Positions 28,951-39,266 of a stretch of 64,000 nucleotides of DNA are shown here, piece by piece. The notes beneath the pieces are model-generated. The model was not told where the DNA came from. It searched no databases and saw nothing but the letters and a program-made list of their open reading frames with translations. The first letter of the stretch is position 1, and the number at the start of each line of letters is the position of its first letter. The position numbers were made by a program, and so were the translations under genes. The stretch comes from a virus. Its lineage: Duplodnaviria; Heunggongvirae; Uroviricota; Caudoviricetes. The DNA lies in the IMG/VR virus record IMGVR_UViG_2623620505_000001. The stretch is one strand, 5' to 3'.

Positions 28951-29523
28951 ATGCAAATTGGCTACATTCGTGTGTCAACAAATGACCAAAACACAGATTT
29001 ACAAAGAAATGCACTGAATTGCGCAGGATGTGAACTGATTTTTGAAGATAAAATAAGCGGAACAAAGTCAGCCAGACCAGGCTTGAAAAAGCTGCTCAGA
29101 ACGTTATCAGAAGGAGATACGCTGGTTGTCTGGAAGCTGGATAGGCTTGGCAGAAGTATGAAACACCTTATCACGCTTATAGAGGAGTTGCGGGAAAAAG
29201 GTGTTAATTTCCGTAGTCTGACAGACAGTATTGACACATCAACACCCATGGGGCGTTTCTTTTTTCATGTCATGGGTGCTTTAGCAGAAATGGAACGTGA
29301 ATTAATTGTTGAGAGAACACTGGCCGGACTGGCAGCTGCACGCGAACAGGGACGCATTGGCGGACGTCGCCCGAAGTTGACAAAAGAACAACATGAGCAA
29401 ATAGCGAGGTTGATCGAAAATGGCTACAGCAGGAAACAGTTGGCAATTATTTACGATATCGGTGTATCGACGATTTATCGTTATCATCCTGTAGAGAAGC
29501 GCCAAACTCAATCTGAGCTGTAA
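28951..29523 (+). CDS. cin: serine DNA invertase (Cin/Min/Gin/Hin family)
   Basis: Track ORF 28942..29523 trimmed to ATG 28951 (AAAGAGG RBS); N-terminal catalytic motif IGYIRVSTNDQ, C-terminal HTH; adjacent to the inversion sites. Confidence 0.9.
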   Translation: MQIGYIRVSTNDQNTDLQRNALNCAGCELIFEDKISGTKSARPGLKKLLRTLSEGDTLVVWKLDRLGRSMKHLITLIEELREKGVNFRSLTDSIDTSTPMGRFFFHVMGALAEMERELIVERTLAGLAAAREQGRIGGRRPKLTKEQHEQIARLIENGYSRKQLAIIYDIGVSTIYRYHPVEKRQTQSEL

Positions 29524-29958
29524 TTCTAATGCCGCGTCGGTGTAATTTATCTTGATAGAATAGGTACATTTATCGCGCGGCACATCAATTCGATGTATCT
29601 AGCGCCTGCTGACCGCTAATGAAAACTGTTCTCGAAATGTTGTCCCTAGTCCGAGACTAGGGTATCACCTCTGGAAAGCATACGCAGAACCTTTTTTAAC
29701 CCAGGGTGCCCAGTTTTTTTGCTGCTCGCCTTATTCGCAAAAATTAGCTCACATCCTGCGCTTTCAAGTGCTTTTCACTGCATAGCTGTGTTTTGTTCAT
29801 TTGTCTATATGCATACATAGCCTATTAACATATTTTCTGCCCACTATCGTTATTTATTGCAAGCTACAGGTTTTAATTAACAAAACCAGTGTGTGTGGAA
29901 ATCACAAAGTGCATACCGTTCTCAAATGTTGTTCAACTTACTGTTGTATAGGTAAAAA

Positions 29959-30222
29959 ATGACATTTTATGTACATATCGTGATGTTATCCCTTCTTGGT
30001 GGGGTGTATTCGTATTTGAGTGGGCTATGTGAAAACCGTTACGAGTCTTCATGCAAGAAATTGCTGGCCGAATGTATTTCCGCCGTACTTGCTGGCTTTA
30101 TTGGCATGTATCTCGCGGAATATAAGGACATGAATGAAAGCCTTCAGAGCTGCATGGTTCTTATTTTCAGCGCCAATAGCAGGCTTATTATTGAAGGTTC
30201 CAAAAGTCGGTTGAATAGGTAA
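29959..30222 (+). CDS. small hydrophobic protein (possible lysis-associated)
   Basis: 87 aa with two hydrophobic segments, in AT-rich region between invertase and lysis genes. Confidence 0.35.
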   Translation: MTFYVHIVMLSLLGGVYSYLSGLCENRYESSCKKLLAECISAVLAGFIGMYLAEYKDMNESLQSCMVLIFSANSRLIIEGSKSRLNR

Positions 30223-30249
30223 GTCTCTTATGCAACATAACCGGTTGAG

Positions 30250-30268
30250 AAGTTACTTTGCATACCAT
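30250..30268 (+). promoter_or_regulatory. putative late promoter for lysis/dar operon
   Basis: AAGTTACTT tgca TACCAT about 30 nt upstream of the GTG start with AGGAGGG RBS. Confidence 0.4.
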
Positions 30269-30296
30269 TACCTCCTGACAACGTAGGAGGGAACTT

Positions 30297-30626
30297 GTGC
30301 TTGACACACAGGAATTAGCTCCAGTTGCTATTGCGCTCCTGCTTTCAGTAATTGGTGGGATAGGCACGTTCCTGATGGATGTCCGAGACGGTCGCCAGTC
30401 TGGCAATTTGTTGGGATTGGTTACGGAGATCTTTGTTGCAGTGACAGCTGGCGCGGTGGCGTACCTATTGGGGCAACACGAGGGCTGGGAGTTATCAATT
30501 ACGTACTTAATGGTAACGATAGCCAGCAATAACGGTCATGAGGTGATTTCAGGGATGAAACGAGTGAATATCGATAGCATTCTGAATGTTCTTACAAGTT
30601 TGGTGAAAAAGGGAGGCGGGAAATGA
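30297..30626 (+). CDS. holin-like membrane protein (position of P1 lydA)
   Basis: 109 aa, hydrophobic helices, first gene of operon leading to darA. Holin role is inference. Confidence 0.5.
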   Translation: MLDTQELAPVAIALLLSVIGGIGTFLMDVRDGRQSGNLLGLVTEIFVAVTAGAVAYLLGQHEGWELSITYLMVTIASNNGHEVISGMKRVNIDSILNVLTSLVKKGGGK

Positions 30627-31066
30627 TTGGCTGGGGTGTATGCGTTCTTGCGTTAGCCTTAGCCGATCGCTATTTGCTAAAACGCAAGGACATCACGCAT
30701 TTAGAACTTGGTGATGTGGAAATTAAACCGGGTTTCATCCGGGTGCCGTTCAAATACCGGTCTAAATTCCCGTTTTTGCGCGGCGCAACGGTCAGATATT
30801 GGATCCGCGATGTTCAGAAGCCGACGACAGTGATTGAAGGCGAACAACGTTGTTTGACGTCGGCTGAACAGGGCGAAAACAGTGAATGGTTGTACATACC
30901 CACTGAATATATGGGTAAAGGAGAGCGACTGTGGCATTTCAACGTCATGGTTACGCATGGCGACTCGTTCATTAACCCGTTGTATCGGATTTTCCCTGTT
31001 ACTCAGCAAATCCGCAGAAGTTACGTAATAAATCTCGCACAGGATGTGTCAGATGACGAAAAATAA
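30623..31066 (+). CDS. hypothetical protein (position of P1 lydB antiholin)
   Basis: 147 aa, overlaps previous stop. Confidence 0.4.
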   Translation: MIGWGVCVLALALADRYLLKRKDITHLELGDVEIKPGFIRVPFKYRSKFPFLRGATVRYWIRDVQKPTTVIEGEQRCLTSAEQGENSEWLYIPTEYMGKGERLWHFNVMVTHGDSFINPLYRIFPVTQQIRRSYVINLAQDVSDDEK

Positions 31067-31655
31067 GTATGCAACGGTCGATTTTGACCAGGTTAATGAA
31101 AAGGGGCTGAAATCCCTTATCGCGGCGATCAATAAAACCGGTGTTACGGTAATTGAGGTTGACTCCAGCAACCGCGCAACAACGAAAGATGGCGTTAAAG
31201 TTAAAACCGCAAAGCTGGTTCTTAACGACGGACAAATTCTTGCCATACAGGTAAACGATACTGGCGATATATCGTCTGTGAGGCTGAATGGAAAAGCTAT
31301 TCCTAACGCTCAGTCGCCGGATATCAAGACGCTTGGTACCGTCATGGGGCAAGCGGCCCGCAAAAACTCCGCAAAATTCCAGAAATCACTGATCGCCAAA
31401 GCGAAACGTGTTGCCAATCCGGTAGACAAGAAACCGGCAGTAAAATCCAACTTTCAGCGCCTGCAAGAGGCAAAACAGCGGAATGCTCAGGTGGTTGCCG
31501 CTTATAAATCAGCGCAGAACTCGGTGTCTTTCAATCAACAGCAGATCACTGATTTGCGGGCGAAGCTGGATAAGGAGACAGGCCGACTCAATAACGAAAA
31601 GGCCCGAAATGGCGAACTCAAACGCCGTCTTAAGCAACTGAAAGCAGGAAATTAA
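31044..31655 (+). CDS. hdf: Hdf-like protein (homologous to a segment of DarA)
   Basis: Seen: ARKNSAKFQKSL in this ORF vs AEKNSAKFQRAQ in the downstream 639-aa protein, plus coiled-coil C-terminus. Confidence 0.6.
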   Translation: MCQMTKNKYATVDFDQVNEKGLKSLIAAINKTGVTVIEVDSSNRATTKDGVKVKTAKLVLNDGQILAIQVNDTGDISSVRLNGKAIPNAQSPDIKTLGTVMGQAARKNSAKFQKSLIAKAKRVANPVDKKPAVKSNFQRLQEAKQRNAQVVAAYKSAQNSVSFNQQQITDLRAKLDKETGRLNNEKARNGELKRRLKQLKAGN

Positions 31656-31656
31656 C

Positions 31657-33576
31657 ATGGAACAGTTCAATATCAATAAAGGGGTGACGATCAAGCCTGG
31701 GCTTGACGTGCTTCCCCCGCCAGTGACTGATGATGAATATCGCGCATTAATGGCCGGTGAGGACCGCTATCTGATGACGGAATCCAACACCCTGGAGGAA
31801 ATCGAGGCTACGTTCTTCTATGACACGCCGATCCACTGGTGTGCTACGGATTTACTGGAGGCGATTAGTTCTACTCGTTTGCAGTTACACCGGACCATGC
31901 AGGCATTTGTCCGGGCATTGAACCAGAAGCTGAATGGTACCGGAATCTCTGCGGGGAGTGATAAAACGGGGGATGTGGCCCAGAGCGGCGCGCGCGCGAT
32001 CGGCGGTGCTGAAATTGGCCGGGCACGTAACGTTAACGGGCTGCCGGTCCTGCCAGCCATTATTCCGCTCAGTGATGGTCAGACTATCAGCATTCTGTTT
32101 CATAGCCCGACAGCGGAAAACCGGATCACCAATAGCGATACGCTGGTTGCTTTCCAGTTCTTACTGAATAAAAAAGACGTTACTCACACCGTTGCTCCGA
32201 TGAGTGGACGTGATATGACGCTGGCGCAGGTCACCATGAAACTTGCCAACCTTGCAGAGAAAAACTCGGCAAAATTTCAGCGTGCGCAGAAGAAGAAAAA
32301 AGCCCTTGTTGATGAAATAACCCAACTACAGGCTGACAGTGACCAGAAAGAGGATGCCATGAGCGACCTCGTGGATCAGGTGGCAGCGGTAGAAGGGCAG
32401 AAGGTAGATCTGGAGCAGAAAATTAACGCTGTTGCATCGGAAGCGGATTCTCTTTATGAAGAGAATGAGCGTTTGCAGACGGAGATTGATCAGCTCAATC
32501 GCACTGGTGGGCGCGATACCATTGCTCCTGCGGGGATGACTGGTGGACACTCTCGCGCGATGACGGATCGCCTTGCCAGTATCAAAAATCGTATGCATAT
32601 GAACGGGGAAGTGACGCTCAGTAATGGTGCATCAATGAAGCAATTCATTGAGGACGGCGAAGGGTATATCCAGTTAACCGATTCGGATGGCAGCGTGTAC
32701 ATGATCAAGGCTAAATCCATACAGGGTGTGGACATGGCAGATGCGATCGGCAAGCTGTTTAAAGCCTATAAAGCGGGTAATGTATCGGAATACCTGGTCC
32801 AACCAGAAGAACATAAACCGGAAAACGTCGAACCTGAACCAGCGGAGGATACCGGTAGCTCTTCGCCTGAACCAGAAGTCTCTGTAGGTGCATATCGATA
32901 TGCCCTGCAAATGCGTCCGGCGGCCCCTGGCGCAATACCTGAAGGTAACAAAGCAATTCTGCCGCGCCCTGATGAAGGTGACCCGTATTATGAATATGCA
33001 CGCTACGGCATTGCTACTTACGATACCCCGCTTTCTGATCAGCAAATGAGTGAGTACGACCTGAAGTTATTGCCTCGCGAGGATTCTTTCGACTTCCTGG
33101 CGAAGACACTTACTAATGGTCCGTTTGGCAAATATGCACAAAAAGCTCTGGAGCTGGCCACCAGCTCACCAGACGAGTTCCGCGTAATGCTGAAAACTCA
33201 GTTTCAAAAAACTTTCCCCAATATTGCGTTTCCGGGGGGCGCTGGCACCGAGAAAATGGTGCAGAGCATGATCAATGCATTGCAGGCCGAAGTCGGTGAG
33301 ATTACTCAGCCAGAACCTGCCCCGGCACAGCCTGATGAAACGGTTAGCGAAGCAGATGCAGAGGCTAATAAAGCCATTGAATATCTCAATAACGTGATGG
33401 ATATGCAAAGCACTGACATGGCGGAGATCCGTAACGCCCGGGGTAATGTCCGGGAAGCGATTGCAGCCCTTCAGGCTGCCGGGCGTTTTGAGGAAAACGA
33501 AGAGCTGGTTAATGGCGCTGCTCGCCACTTGGCTGATCTGCTGGTAGCAATCCAGAAAGCGGGGGTAGCGGCATGA
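31657..33576 (+). CDS. darA: DarA-like capsid-internal anti-restriction protein
   Basis: 639 aa (size of P1 DarA as I recall); followed by ddrA/ddrB-sized genes. Confidence 0.7.
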   Translation: MEQFNINKGVTIKPGLDVLPPPVTDDEYRALMAGEDRYLMTESNTLEEIEATFFYDTPIHWCATDLLEAISSTRLQLHRTMQAFVRALNQKLNGTGISAGSDKTGDVAQSGARAIGGAEIGRARNVNGLPVLPAIIPLSDGQTISILFHSPTAENRITNSDTLVAFQFLLNKKDVTHTVAPMSGRDMTLAQVTMKLANLAEKNSAKFQRAQKKKKALVDEITQLQADSDQKEDAMSDLVDQVAAVEGQKVDLEQKINAVASEADSLYEENERLQTEIDQLNRTGGRDTIAPAGMTGGHSRAMTDRLASIKNRMHMNGEVTLSNGASMKQFIEDGEGYIQLTDSDGSVYMIKAKSIQGVDMADAIGKLFKAYKAGNVSEYLVQPEEHKPENVEPEPAEDTGSSSPEPEVSVGAYRYALQMRPAAPGAIPEGNKAILPRPDEGDPYYEYARYGIATYDTPLSDQQMSEYDLKLLPREDSFDFLAKTLTNGPFGKYAQKALELATSSPDEFRVMLKTQFQKTFPNIAFPGGAGTEKMVQSMINALQAEVGEITQPEPAPAQPDETVSEADAEANKAIEYLNNVMDMQSTDMAEIRNARGNVREAIAALQAAGRFEENEELVNGAARHLADLLVAIQKAGVAA

Positions 33577-33938
33577 CACTATCAGCTATTGAGTTAATGG
33601 ATCTCAGCGATAAGTTGGATGCTTTGATGTCCAAAGCGGCTACCGCGAGTGGCATGGAGTTGCTGGATATCAGCGATGAAATTGACCAGATCATGCAACA
33701 GATGGGGTACGGTGTGTCCGGTGGCAGTAGTGGCGAGGAAAAACAACCTTCGGTACATGATGGTGTGCCAAAACTGGTTGCTGATTTCCTGGCTGATAAA
33801 TTCGTCGATCAGAGCACCGATGCATTTATCGGTACCTTGCAGGATTTGAGTCAATATGTTGGCACATACATCGACCTGGACCAGGTTAAACAGCACACGG
33901 CGGCATGGATAGCCGCCAACATTAAAGAGGCAGCATAA
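33573..33938 (+). CDS. ddrA: DdrA-like protein
   Basis: 121 aa, overlapping start, dar operon position. Confidence 0.55.
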   Translation: MTLSAIELMDLSDKLDALMSKAATASGMELLDISDEIDQIMQQMGYGVSGGSSGEEKQPSVHDGVPKLVADFLADKFVDQSTDAFIGTLQDLSQYVGTYIDLDQVKQHTAAWIAANIKEAA

Positions 33939-33950
33939 GGCGTAACAGGG

Positions 33951-36938
33951 ATGAGCTTAAGCGATCAGGTGGTAATGGCCACCAGCATAGAAACGCTGAT
34001 CGAGCTGCTAAAGAACCTGCCCGGTTATGGGCGGGTTTCGTATGTGGTGACAGCGAAGGGAGACGAGGTAAAAACAGCGTTTGATATCGTCGATGCCTCA
34101 GCTCTTTTGGTATCCAATACTCTGGATGGGAAAATTAATCCTGACTATCCCCAGGAACTTCAGCCGCGCGACCGGACCCGCGCATCCAGCCTTCTTCAGG
34201 TTAACCAGATATCCAAAGATTTGCGGCCTGCTCAGCTTACTGATTCCGGTTTATCCAGCCATGGTGCGCCGATAATTGGTGAGGACAATGCCGTTGAGTC
34301 AGGTAATGGACGGACCATGGGGATCATCAAAGCCTATCAGGACGGCAATGCGGATCGGTATCGTGAGTACCTGATTGAACATGCGACCGAATTCGGCATA
34401 CCTCCTGAAAAGGTTGAATCAATGACGGCTCCGGTACTGGTGCGCCGCCGGTTAACTAAGGTTGACCGCGTTCAGTTTGCCAAGGACTCAAATATTTCTG
34501 ATCTTCAGGAAATGGCAGCCAGTGAAAAAGCTTTTGTTGATGCCGACAGCATAACACCGGCGATGATGGCGCTTTTTAACCCGTCAGAAAGCGGAGATCT
34601 GCTTAGCCGCAGTAATGACGCGTTTATTCGCGGATTTATGACGCAAGTTGGTGCCACACAGGCGGCTGGCCTTGTAATGGAAGATGGGCGACCAACGCGG
34701 CAACTTGTTGACCGTATACAAAACGCGATCTTTGCCAAGGCATATAAGGATGCGCGCCTGGTAAGGATGGTTGCAGAAGAACCTGATCCGGATATGCGTA
34801 ATGTTCTGACGGCGCTTAATGCGGCAGCCAATGATTTTGTCCAGATGCAGGCTTTATCAGGAGAAGCGCACAAGCAGGCTGTGACAACTATTGTTGATGG
34901 CATTGAGACAGCGGATAGCCTCGATAAAAAGGCGCTGGCGGCATTGAAAGATGCGGTAGACCTGGTAAGGCAATCGAAGGAGTCAGGCCAGCATATTACC
35001 GATGTTATTGCTCAGGGGGATATGTTCAGCGAAACGGCCCCGGAAGTGAAAGCACTCGCGTTGTTCATCGTCGCGAATAACCGTAGCGCGAAGCGTATGG
35101 CCACCGCCTTTAAGTTGATGGCTCAACGTATCAATGATGAGTTACAGCACCAGGGCCAGGCGCTGGGGGATATGTTTGGCGGTGGTGATGTGTCGTTACA
35201 GGATATCCTTCGCCAGGTGTCTCAGGAACTGGAAAACGAAGGCATGCAAGGGATATCCGGCGGTCTTTTCGAGTCCGTTTCCGGCGGTAGTTACAATGGT
35301 GTTGCTCCATATACCAGTTTGCTATTACATCGGGCATCCGGCATCAAAGACATTATTCATCTGATCAGGCTGCTTTCCCGTACAGATCCCCAGGATGAAC
35401 AGCTTGTACAAGTGCTTGCGCATTTTGTTCGAATGCCTGTTGCCGACGTGAAAAAATGGTGCCGATTATTCGGTATCAGCAATTCGTTACTTCGCGGCTT
35501 GTTAAATCACGCATCCTCCCTTGGGCGCGATGGCTTTGACGAGATAGCGCAGGCGATAAAAAACGGAGATATGCCACCAGCTATTGACTGGTTTTCCATT
35601 CGCCCAACCAGGGTGAAAGCATTCCTTAGCGCGGCGCATTCGGCATCACCATTGGCAGAAATGGTTCAGAGGTTGTCGCTCATATTCACAGACCATACCG
35701 CGTTGGGTGATCTGACTCTGGACGAGATGAAAGAAGCCTCCATTCAGTGGGCCGATCAACAAAATGAGGTTAACTCTGACTTCTTGCCAGCATTCAGGAA
35801 GGCCGTTAGTAAAGCTGATGATGCCCGTGGAATTCTGAGGGCATTTAAGGCATTGCAAAGTCAGGTTAATAAACATGTCGGTGATATCGATGGGGTAACG
35901 GCGGAAGGCAGGGATATCCTTAAAGAGCACGGCATAACGCCAGAGTTTATTGATGAGATCAGGACTGATATGCAGCGTGAGGTCGTATCGTCCCTGCAAA
36001 TCGTAGCCAGAGCGTTGGCGGATGCTAATCCGAAGAGTGCGGCCATTGTTAACCGTGTTATTGGTGATATTGAAGCATCGGAGGGCATGGGGGCGCTGAA
36101 ACTCTTCCTTTCGCGAGCGTTTAATCCTAACGGCAATATTCTCCCCGGCATTATTGGTGAGGCTAAAAAGTATGTCAGCGAAGAAGAACTTGAGCATCTT
36201 GACCAACTACTTAAGCGATTCTCATATAACCCGCAGACACGCTGGCAAATGAATCAGCAAAGTATGGGTTCGGTCCACGAGAAAGTGTTATCTGCCATGA
36301 ACAGTGCGATCGCCAACTCATCCGTATCTGAAGAAAAAGCTCTTGAGTGGGCCGACTCTTTTATCACGGAAGAAGTGGAAGAAGCCCGCGCTGGACAGAA
36401 TGGTGGGATAGACCTGCGCAAGGAACTTGCTGATATTTATCGCCTGACCGGCGGTAAAATTTCGACCTTATCAAAGGTGGTTCACCACCAGGGAAGGGCA
36501 TATGCAAATATTAATGGTGTTGTTGCTGTCAATTTGAACGATGAAAATGCAAGTGCACTGTGGCACGAGCTGGGTCATCATCTTGAGTACAGTAACCCTG
36601 GTTTGTTAGAGAAAGCCCGGTCATTCCTGAAGGCCAATGTTGAAGGGGATAAGCCATCTTTCGTTAATATCGGTGGGCGTGGCAAGCCTGAATGGTGCTT
36701 CAGATCTCGATTGAGTAATATTTATATGGCGAAGGTATACCCGCCAGCCTCAGTAAGTAACACCGGGAAAATTCGGCAGAAATCACCGACTATTTCCAAA
36801 ACGTCAGCAACGGAAGTATTCTCTATGGCTCTTCAGTTGTATCATGACAAAGAGGCCGCTGCCGCATCACTGATGAATGGTGACGGATTGCTGGAACTGT
36901 TATTAGGTGTGGCAAAGGAGCTAAATAATGCAGATTAA
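33951..36938 (+). CDS. ddrB: DdrB-like large dar-operon protein
   Basis: 995 aa following ddrA; by position/size. Confidence 0.6.
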   Translation: MSLSDQVVMATSIETLIELLKNLPGYGRVSYVVTAKGDEVKTAFDIVDASALLVSNTLDGKINPDYPQELQPRDRTRASSLLQVNQISKDLRPAQLTDSGLSSHGAPIIGEDNAVESGNGRTMGIIKAYQDGNADRYREYLIEHATEFGIPPEKVESMTAPVLVRRRLTKVDRVQFAKDSNISDLQEMAASEKAFVDADSITPAMMALFNPSESGDLLSRSNDAFIRGFMTQVGATQAAGLVMEDGRPTRQLVDRIQNAIFAKAYKDARLVRMVAEEPDPDMRNVLTALNAAANDFVQMQALSGEAHKQAVTTIVDGIETADSLDKKALAALKDAVDLVRQSKESGQHITDVIAQGDMFSETAPEVKALALFIVANNRSAKRMATAFKLMAQRINDELQHQGQALGDMFGGGDVSLQDILRQVSQELENEGMQGISGGLFESVSGGSYNGVAPYTSLLLHRASGIKDIIHLIRLLSRTDPQDEQLVQVLAHFVRMPVADVKKWCRLFGISNSLLRGLLNHASSLGRDGFDEIAQAIKNGDMPPAIDWFSIRPTRVKAFLSAAHSASPLAEMVQRLSLIFTDHTALGDLTLDEMKEASIQWADQQNEVNSDFLPAFRKAVSKADDARGILRAFKALQSQVNKHVGDIDGVTAEGRDILKEHGITPEFIDEIRTDMQREVVSSLQIVARALADANPKSAAIVNRVIGDIEASEGMGALKLFLSRAFNPNGNILPGIIGEAKKYVSEEELEHLDQLLKRFSYNPQTRWQMNQQSMGSVHEKVLSAMNSAIANSSVSEEKALEWADSFITEEVEEARAGQNGGIDLRKELADIYRLTGGKISTLSKVVHHQGRAYANINGVVAVNLNDENASALWHELGHHLEYSNPGLLEKARSFLKANVEGDKPSFVNIGGRGKPEWCFRSRLSNIYMAKVYPPASVSNTGKIRQKSPTISKTSATEVFSMALQLYHDKEAAAASLMNGDGLLELLLGVAKELNNAD

Positions 36939-37239
36939 AATCGCAGCGCCATTAGGCGGAGATGCCATTATCGAATTTGATGATAATGAAGAAGTTTCCG
37001 GGCGTTTAAGCATTATCTCCGGTGACATTACCGAGGACATGATCGCTGAAGCCATAGCTGGGGCAAATCCCAATAGCTATATGGGATTCGTTAACACCCT
37101 TGATGCTCCCGCAAGTGATGTTCTCCGAACGCTGCATCTTTACGCTGGCTGGTTTGTTGATTGGCCAGCAGTAGATGGTGGCGATGAGGACGACGACGAC
37201 GATGATTTTGGTGATCATGTAGACCAGATCGTATATTGA
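36928..37239 (+). CDS. small protein with poly-Asp C-terminal tract
   Basis: 103 aa ending ...DGGDEDDDDDDFGDHVDQIVY; last gene of dar operon before terminator. Confidence 0.45.
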   Translation: MQIKIAAPLGGDAIIEFDDNEEVSGRLSIISGDITEDMIAEAIAGANPNSYMGFVNTLDAPASDVLRTLHLYAGWFVDWPAVDGGDEDDDDDDFGDHVDQIVY

Positions 37240-37242
37240 AGA

Positions 37243-37268
37243 AATCCCGCCAATTGGCGGGATTTTTA
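37243..37268. terminator. bidirectional rho-independent terminator between convergent operons
   Basis: AAATCCCGCC aatt GGCGGGATTT perfect hairpin flanked by A-run and T-run. Confidence 0.8.
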
Positions 37269-37270
37269 CC

Positions 37271-38365
37271 TCACGAGAAACTCTTTTCTGATGTCAGCCA
37301 ACAGTGCTCGTGCATATCTCTTGGTGGTTTTTCGACAAATGCCTCTTCAGCCACATCCTGCCAGGGGATTTGTTTAGCCCATTCAGTTATAGCGTTATGG
37401 TTTGCCGAGAATAACGGTATTGTATAGGCCTTCAGCCAGTCTAATGTGCTGGAGTTGTGTTTTTGAGCGTGATGTTTCGCATGGTGTTTGGCGATCACGA
37501 TCGTAGGCACTACCCATTTACTACCGTCAGTCATTGTGAAGTGCATATTACGGGGAACAGATGACTTTTCCATCAACTCCCGAATCCCTGGGAATTTCCC
37601 CAAGATCAATCGGCGATATTCATCGCTATTGCGCCCACCAAACTCTTTGGCTTTGAATTCAAGATATGCTTCAGAAACGAGAGGTGAATCCTCTGTGTTT
37701 AGAGTTATCGCCGTGAAAAAACCAGCAGGATTGTTTTTACTATGGGCCAACCGGTGATGCGAATCATAAAAGTACCCTTTCTCGCGTTCCGATGGTTTCG
37801 ACAGCAACAGCAGGCGCGAGTCATAATTGGTTAAATTGCCAGTTATCACTGCATGAGCGCGATCGCTGATTTCCGCCGAGTTAATAACGATGAAAAGATC
37901 GTGCGGTCCAGTAAAACCAGCCAGAGACTCTTCGTTATTCAGACAATAGGTTATATAGACGCATCCCCATGTTTCACTGATATGCACCAACCCTTTGTCA
38001 GGGTGTATTCTGAAATAATTGCCAAGAAAAGTGTGTTTTTGGGTAACTCGCTCCCAATAACGGAACATATAGTCAATTATTGTTTTTCGACAATCGTTAA
38101 TCGCAGGAGAAACAACCACTGTACGGGAACACGAATACAGTATTGTTTGCAGGATGCTAATCACTGCCACAATAGAGGTTTCCCCAATACCATGTGGTGT
38201 GGTGGCAGTGATTTTGGCTCCGGTGTTCTTTATCGCGTTAATAATTTTTGCTTGATGAGGTGTTAACTCAATATCAAGCAACTCTTTTGCTGCCAGTTCC
38301 CAATTGTCTTTATACCGTTCTATCAGTGCTAACCAGGCAGATTCATTCTGTATACGATTAATCAC
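37271..38365 (-). CDS. terminase large-subunit-like protein, degenerate paralog of PacB (ATPase motifs altered, C-terminal part absent)
   Basis: Seen by aligning to the 494-aa PacB in this window: shared YRYDW/ERYKDNW, TPTWQQ/TPHQ; Walker A GHGTGKS vs PHGIGETS; Walker [10 protein letters not shown] vs LFIVINSAE. Confidence 0.7.
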   Translation of the reverse strand: MINRIQNESAWLALIERYKDNWELAAKELLDIELTPHQAKIINAIKNTGAKITATTPHGIGETSIVAVISILQTILYSCSRTVVVSPAINDCRKTIIDYMFRYWERVTQKHTFLGNYFRIHPDKGLVHISETWGCVYITYCLNNEESLAGFTGPHDLFIVINSAEISDRAHAVITGNLTNYDSRLLLLSKPSEREKGYFYDSHHRLAHSKNNPAGFFTAITLNTEDSPLVSEAYLEFKAKEFGGRNSDEYRRLILGKFPGIRELMEKSSVPRNMHFTMTDGSKWVVPTIVIAKHHAKHHAQKHNSSTLDWLKAYTIPLFSANHNAITEWAKQIPWQDVAEEAFVEKPPRDMHEHCWLTSEKSFS

Positions 38366-39266
38366 TTTCCACCTCTTCCGTGGTGTTTTCTTGCAGTTCT
38401 GTTAATGCAGCACGACATAGGTTCCGGGCATTGGCTATAGCCACACTTTTGACTTCATCCGTCATCGTGCAGGTAATGTACTGATCGAGTTCTTCAGCGC
38501 GGATGATGCTTTTGCCAATCAGAAACTGTATTTGCCATAGCAGATCGGCATCCATAATCAGAATTTCTGCCGGGCCTTCAGGGCCAGCCGGGAAGGAAAC
38601 ATAAGACTGTTTGCCCAGGCCGACAACTCGACAACTTGCTTCAAGAATTGCGCGCTTGAGGTCTGACTTTATAACGGAAACAGGTTGATTTTCACCAGTG
38701 ATTACGCCGTTGACATGGAAAGGCATGTAGCTTGAAATACGCTCTACTTTCCACACGCCAGCAAGCGATCCTTCATGCAGCACAATGGGGGTAACCGCGA
38801 GTTTCATCTCACCATATAACTGCTGGCAGATAGCTGGATTGCTGAATACATCTAAAGGCTCACATTCAAACAGCGGCGCAATCTGCATGAGGTCCATCAT
38901 GGTCATCCCTGGGGTACGAGCAGTAATGAATTTGCGCATACCAGTATCCATTGCGCTCCAGATTGCTACACCATGCTTTTTGCTCACTTCTTCAGTAAAG
39001 CCAAGGTGGCACATGATGGTTTTTTCGATAGCCAGATCAGAGATAGAAACCTTTTCGCCAGGTACTCCATCATTATTGATGGTCACTTCGACACTCTGGC
39101 CATTACGTAGGCGGTATTGAATGGTTTTAGTATTTTGTGCTGTCATAGTCTTTTCTCTGCTTAAAAACTGATGTATTGCGTCTTCAGGTGGGTTAGGAAT
39201 GTTTTCCCACCAGCGAAAGCAATATCTCGTGGTGTTCTGTTCGTTAAAAACGCGTGCCATTGCCAA
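38358..39266 (-). CDS. hypothetical protein co-transcribed with ssb and the terminase-like gene (start uncertain; alternative ATG at 39146)
   Basis: 302-aa ORF; stop overlaps start of downstream gene. Confidence 0.45.
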   Translation of the reverse strand: MAMARVFNEQNTTRYCFRWWENIPNPPEDAIHQFLSREKTMTAQNTKTIQYRLRNGQSVEVTINNDGVPGEKVSISDLAIEKTIMCHLGFTEEVSKKHGVAIWSAMDTGMRKFITARTPGMTMMDLMQIAPLFECEPLDVFSNPAICQQLYGEMKLAVTPIVLHEGSLAGVWKVERISSYMPFHVNGVITGENQPVSVIKSDLKRAILEASCRVVGLGKQSYVSFPAGPEGPAEILIMDADLLWQIQFLIGKSIIRAEELDQYITCTMTDEVKSVAIANARNLCRAALTELQENTTEEVESD

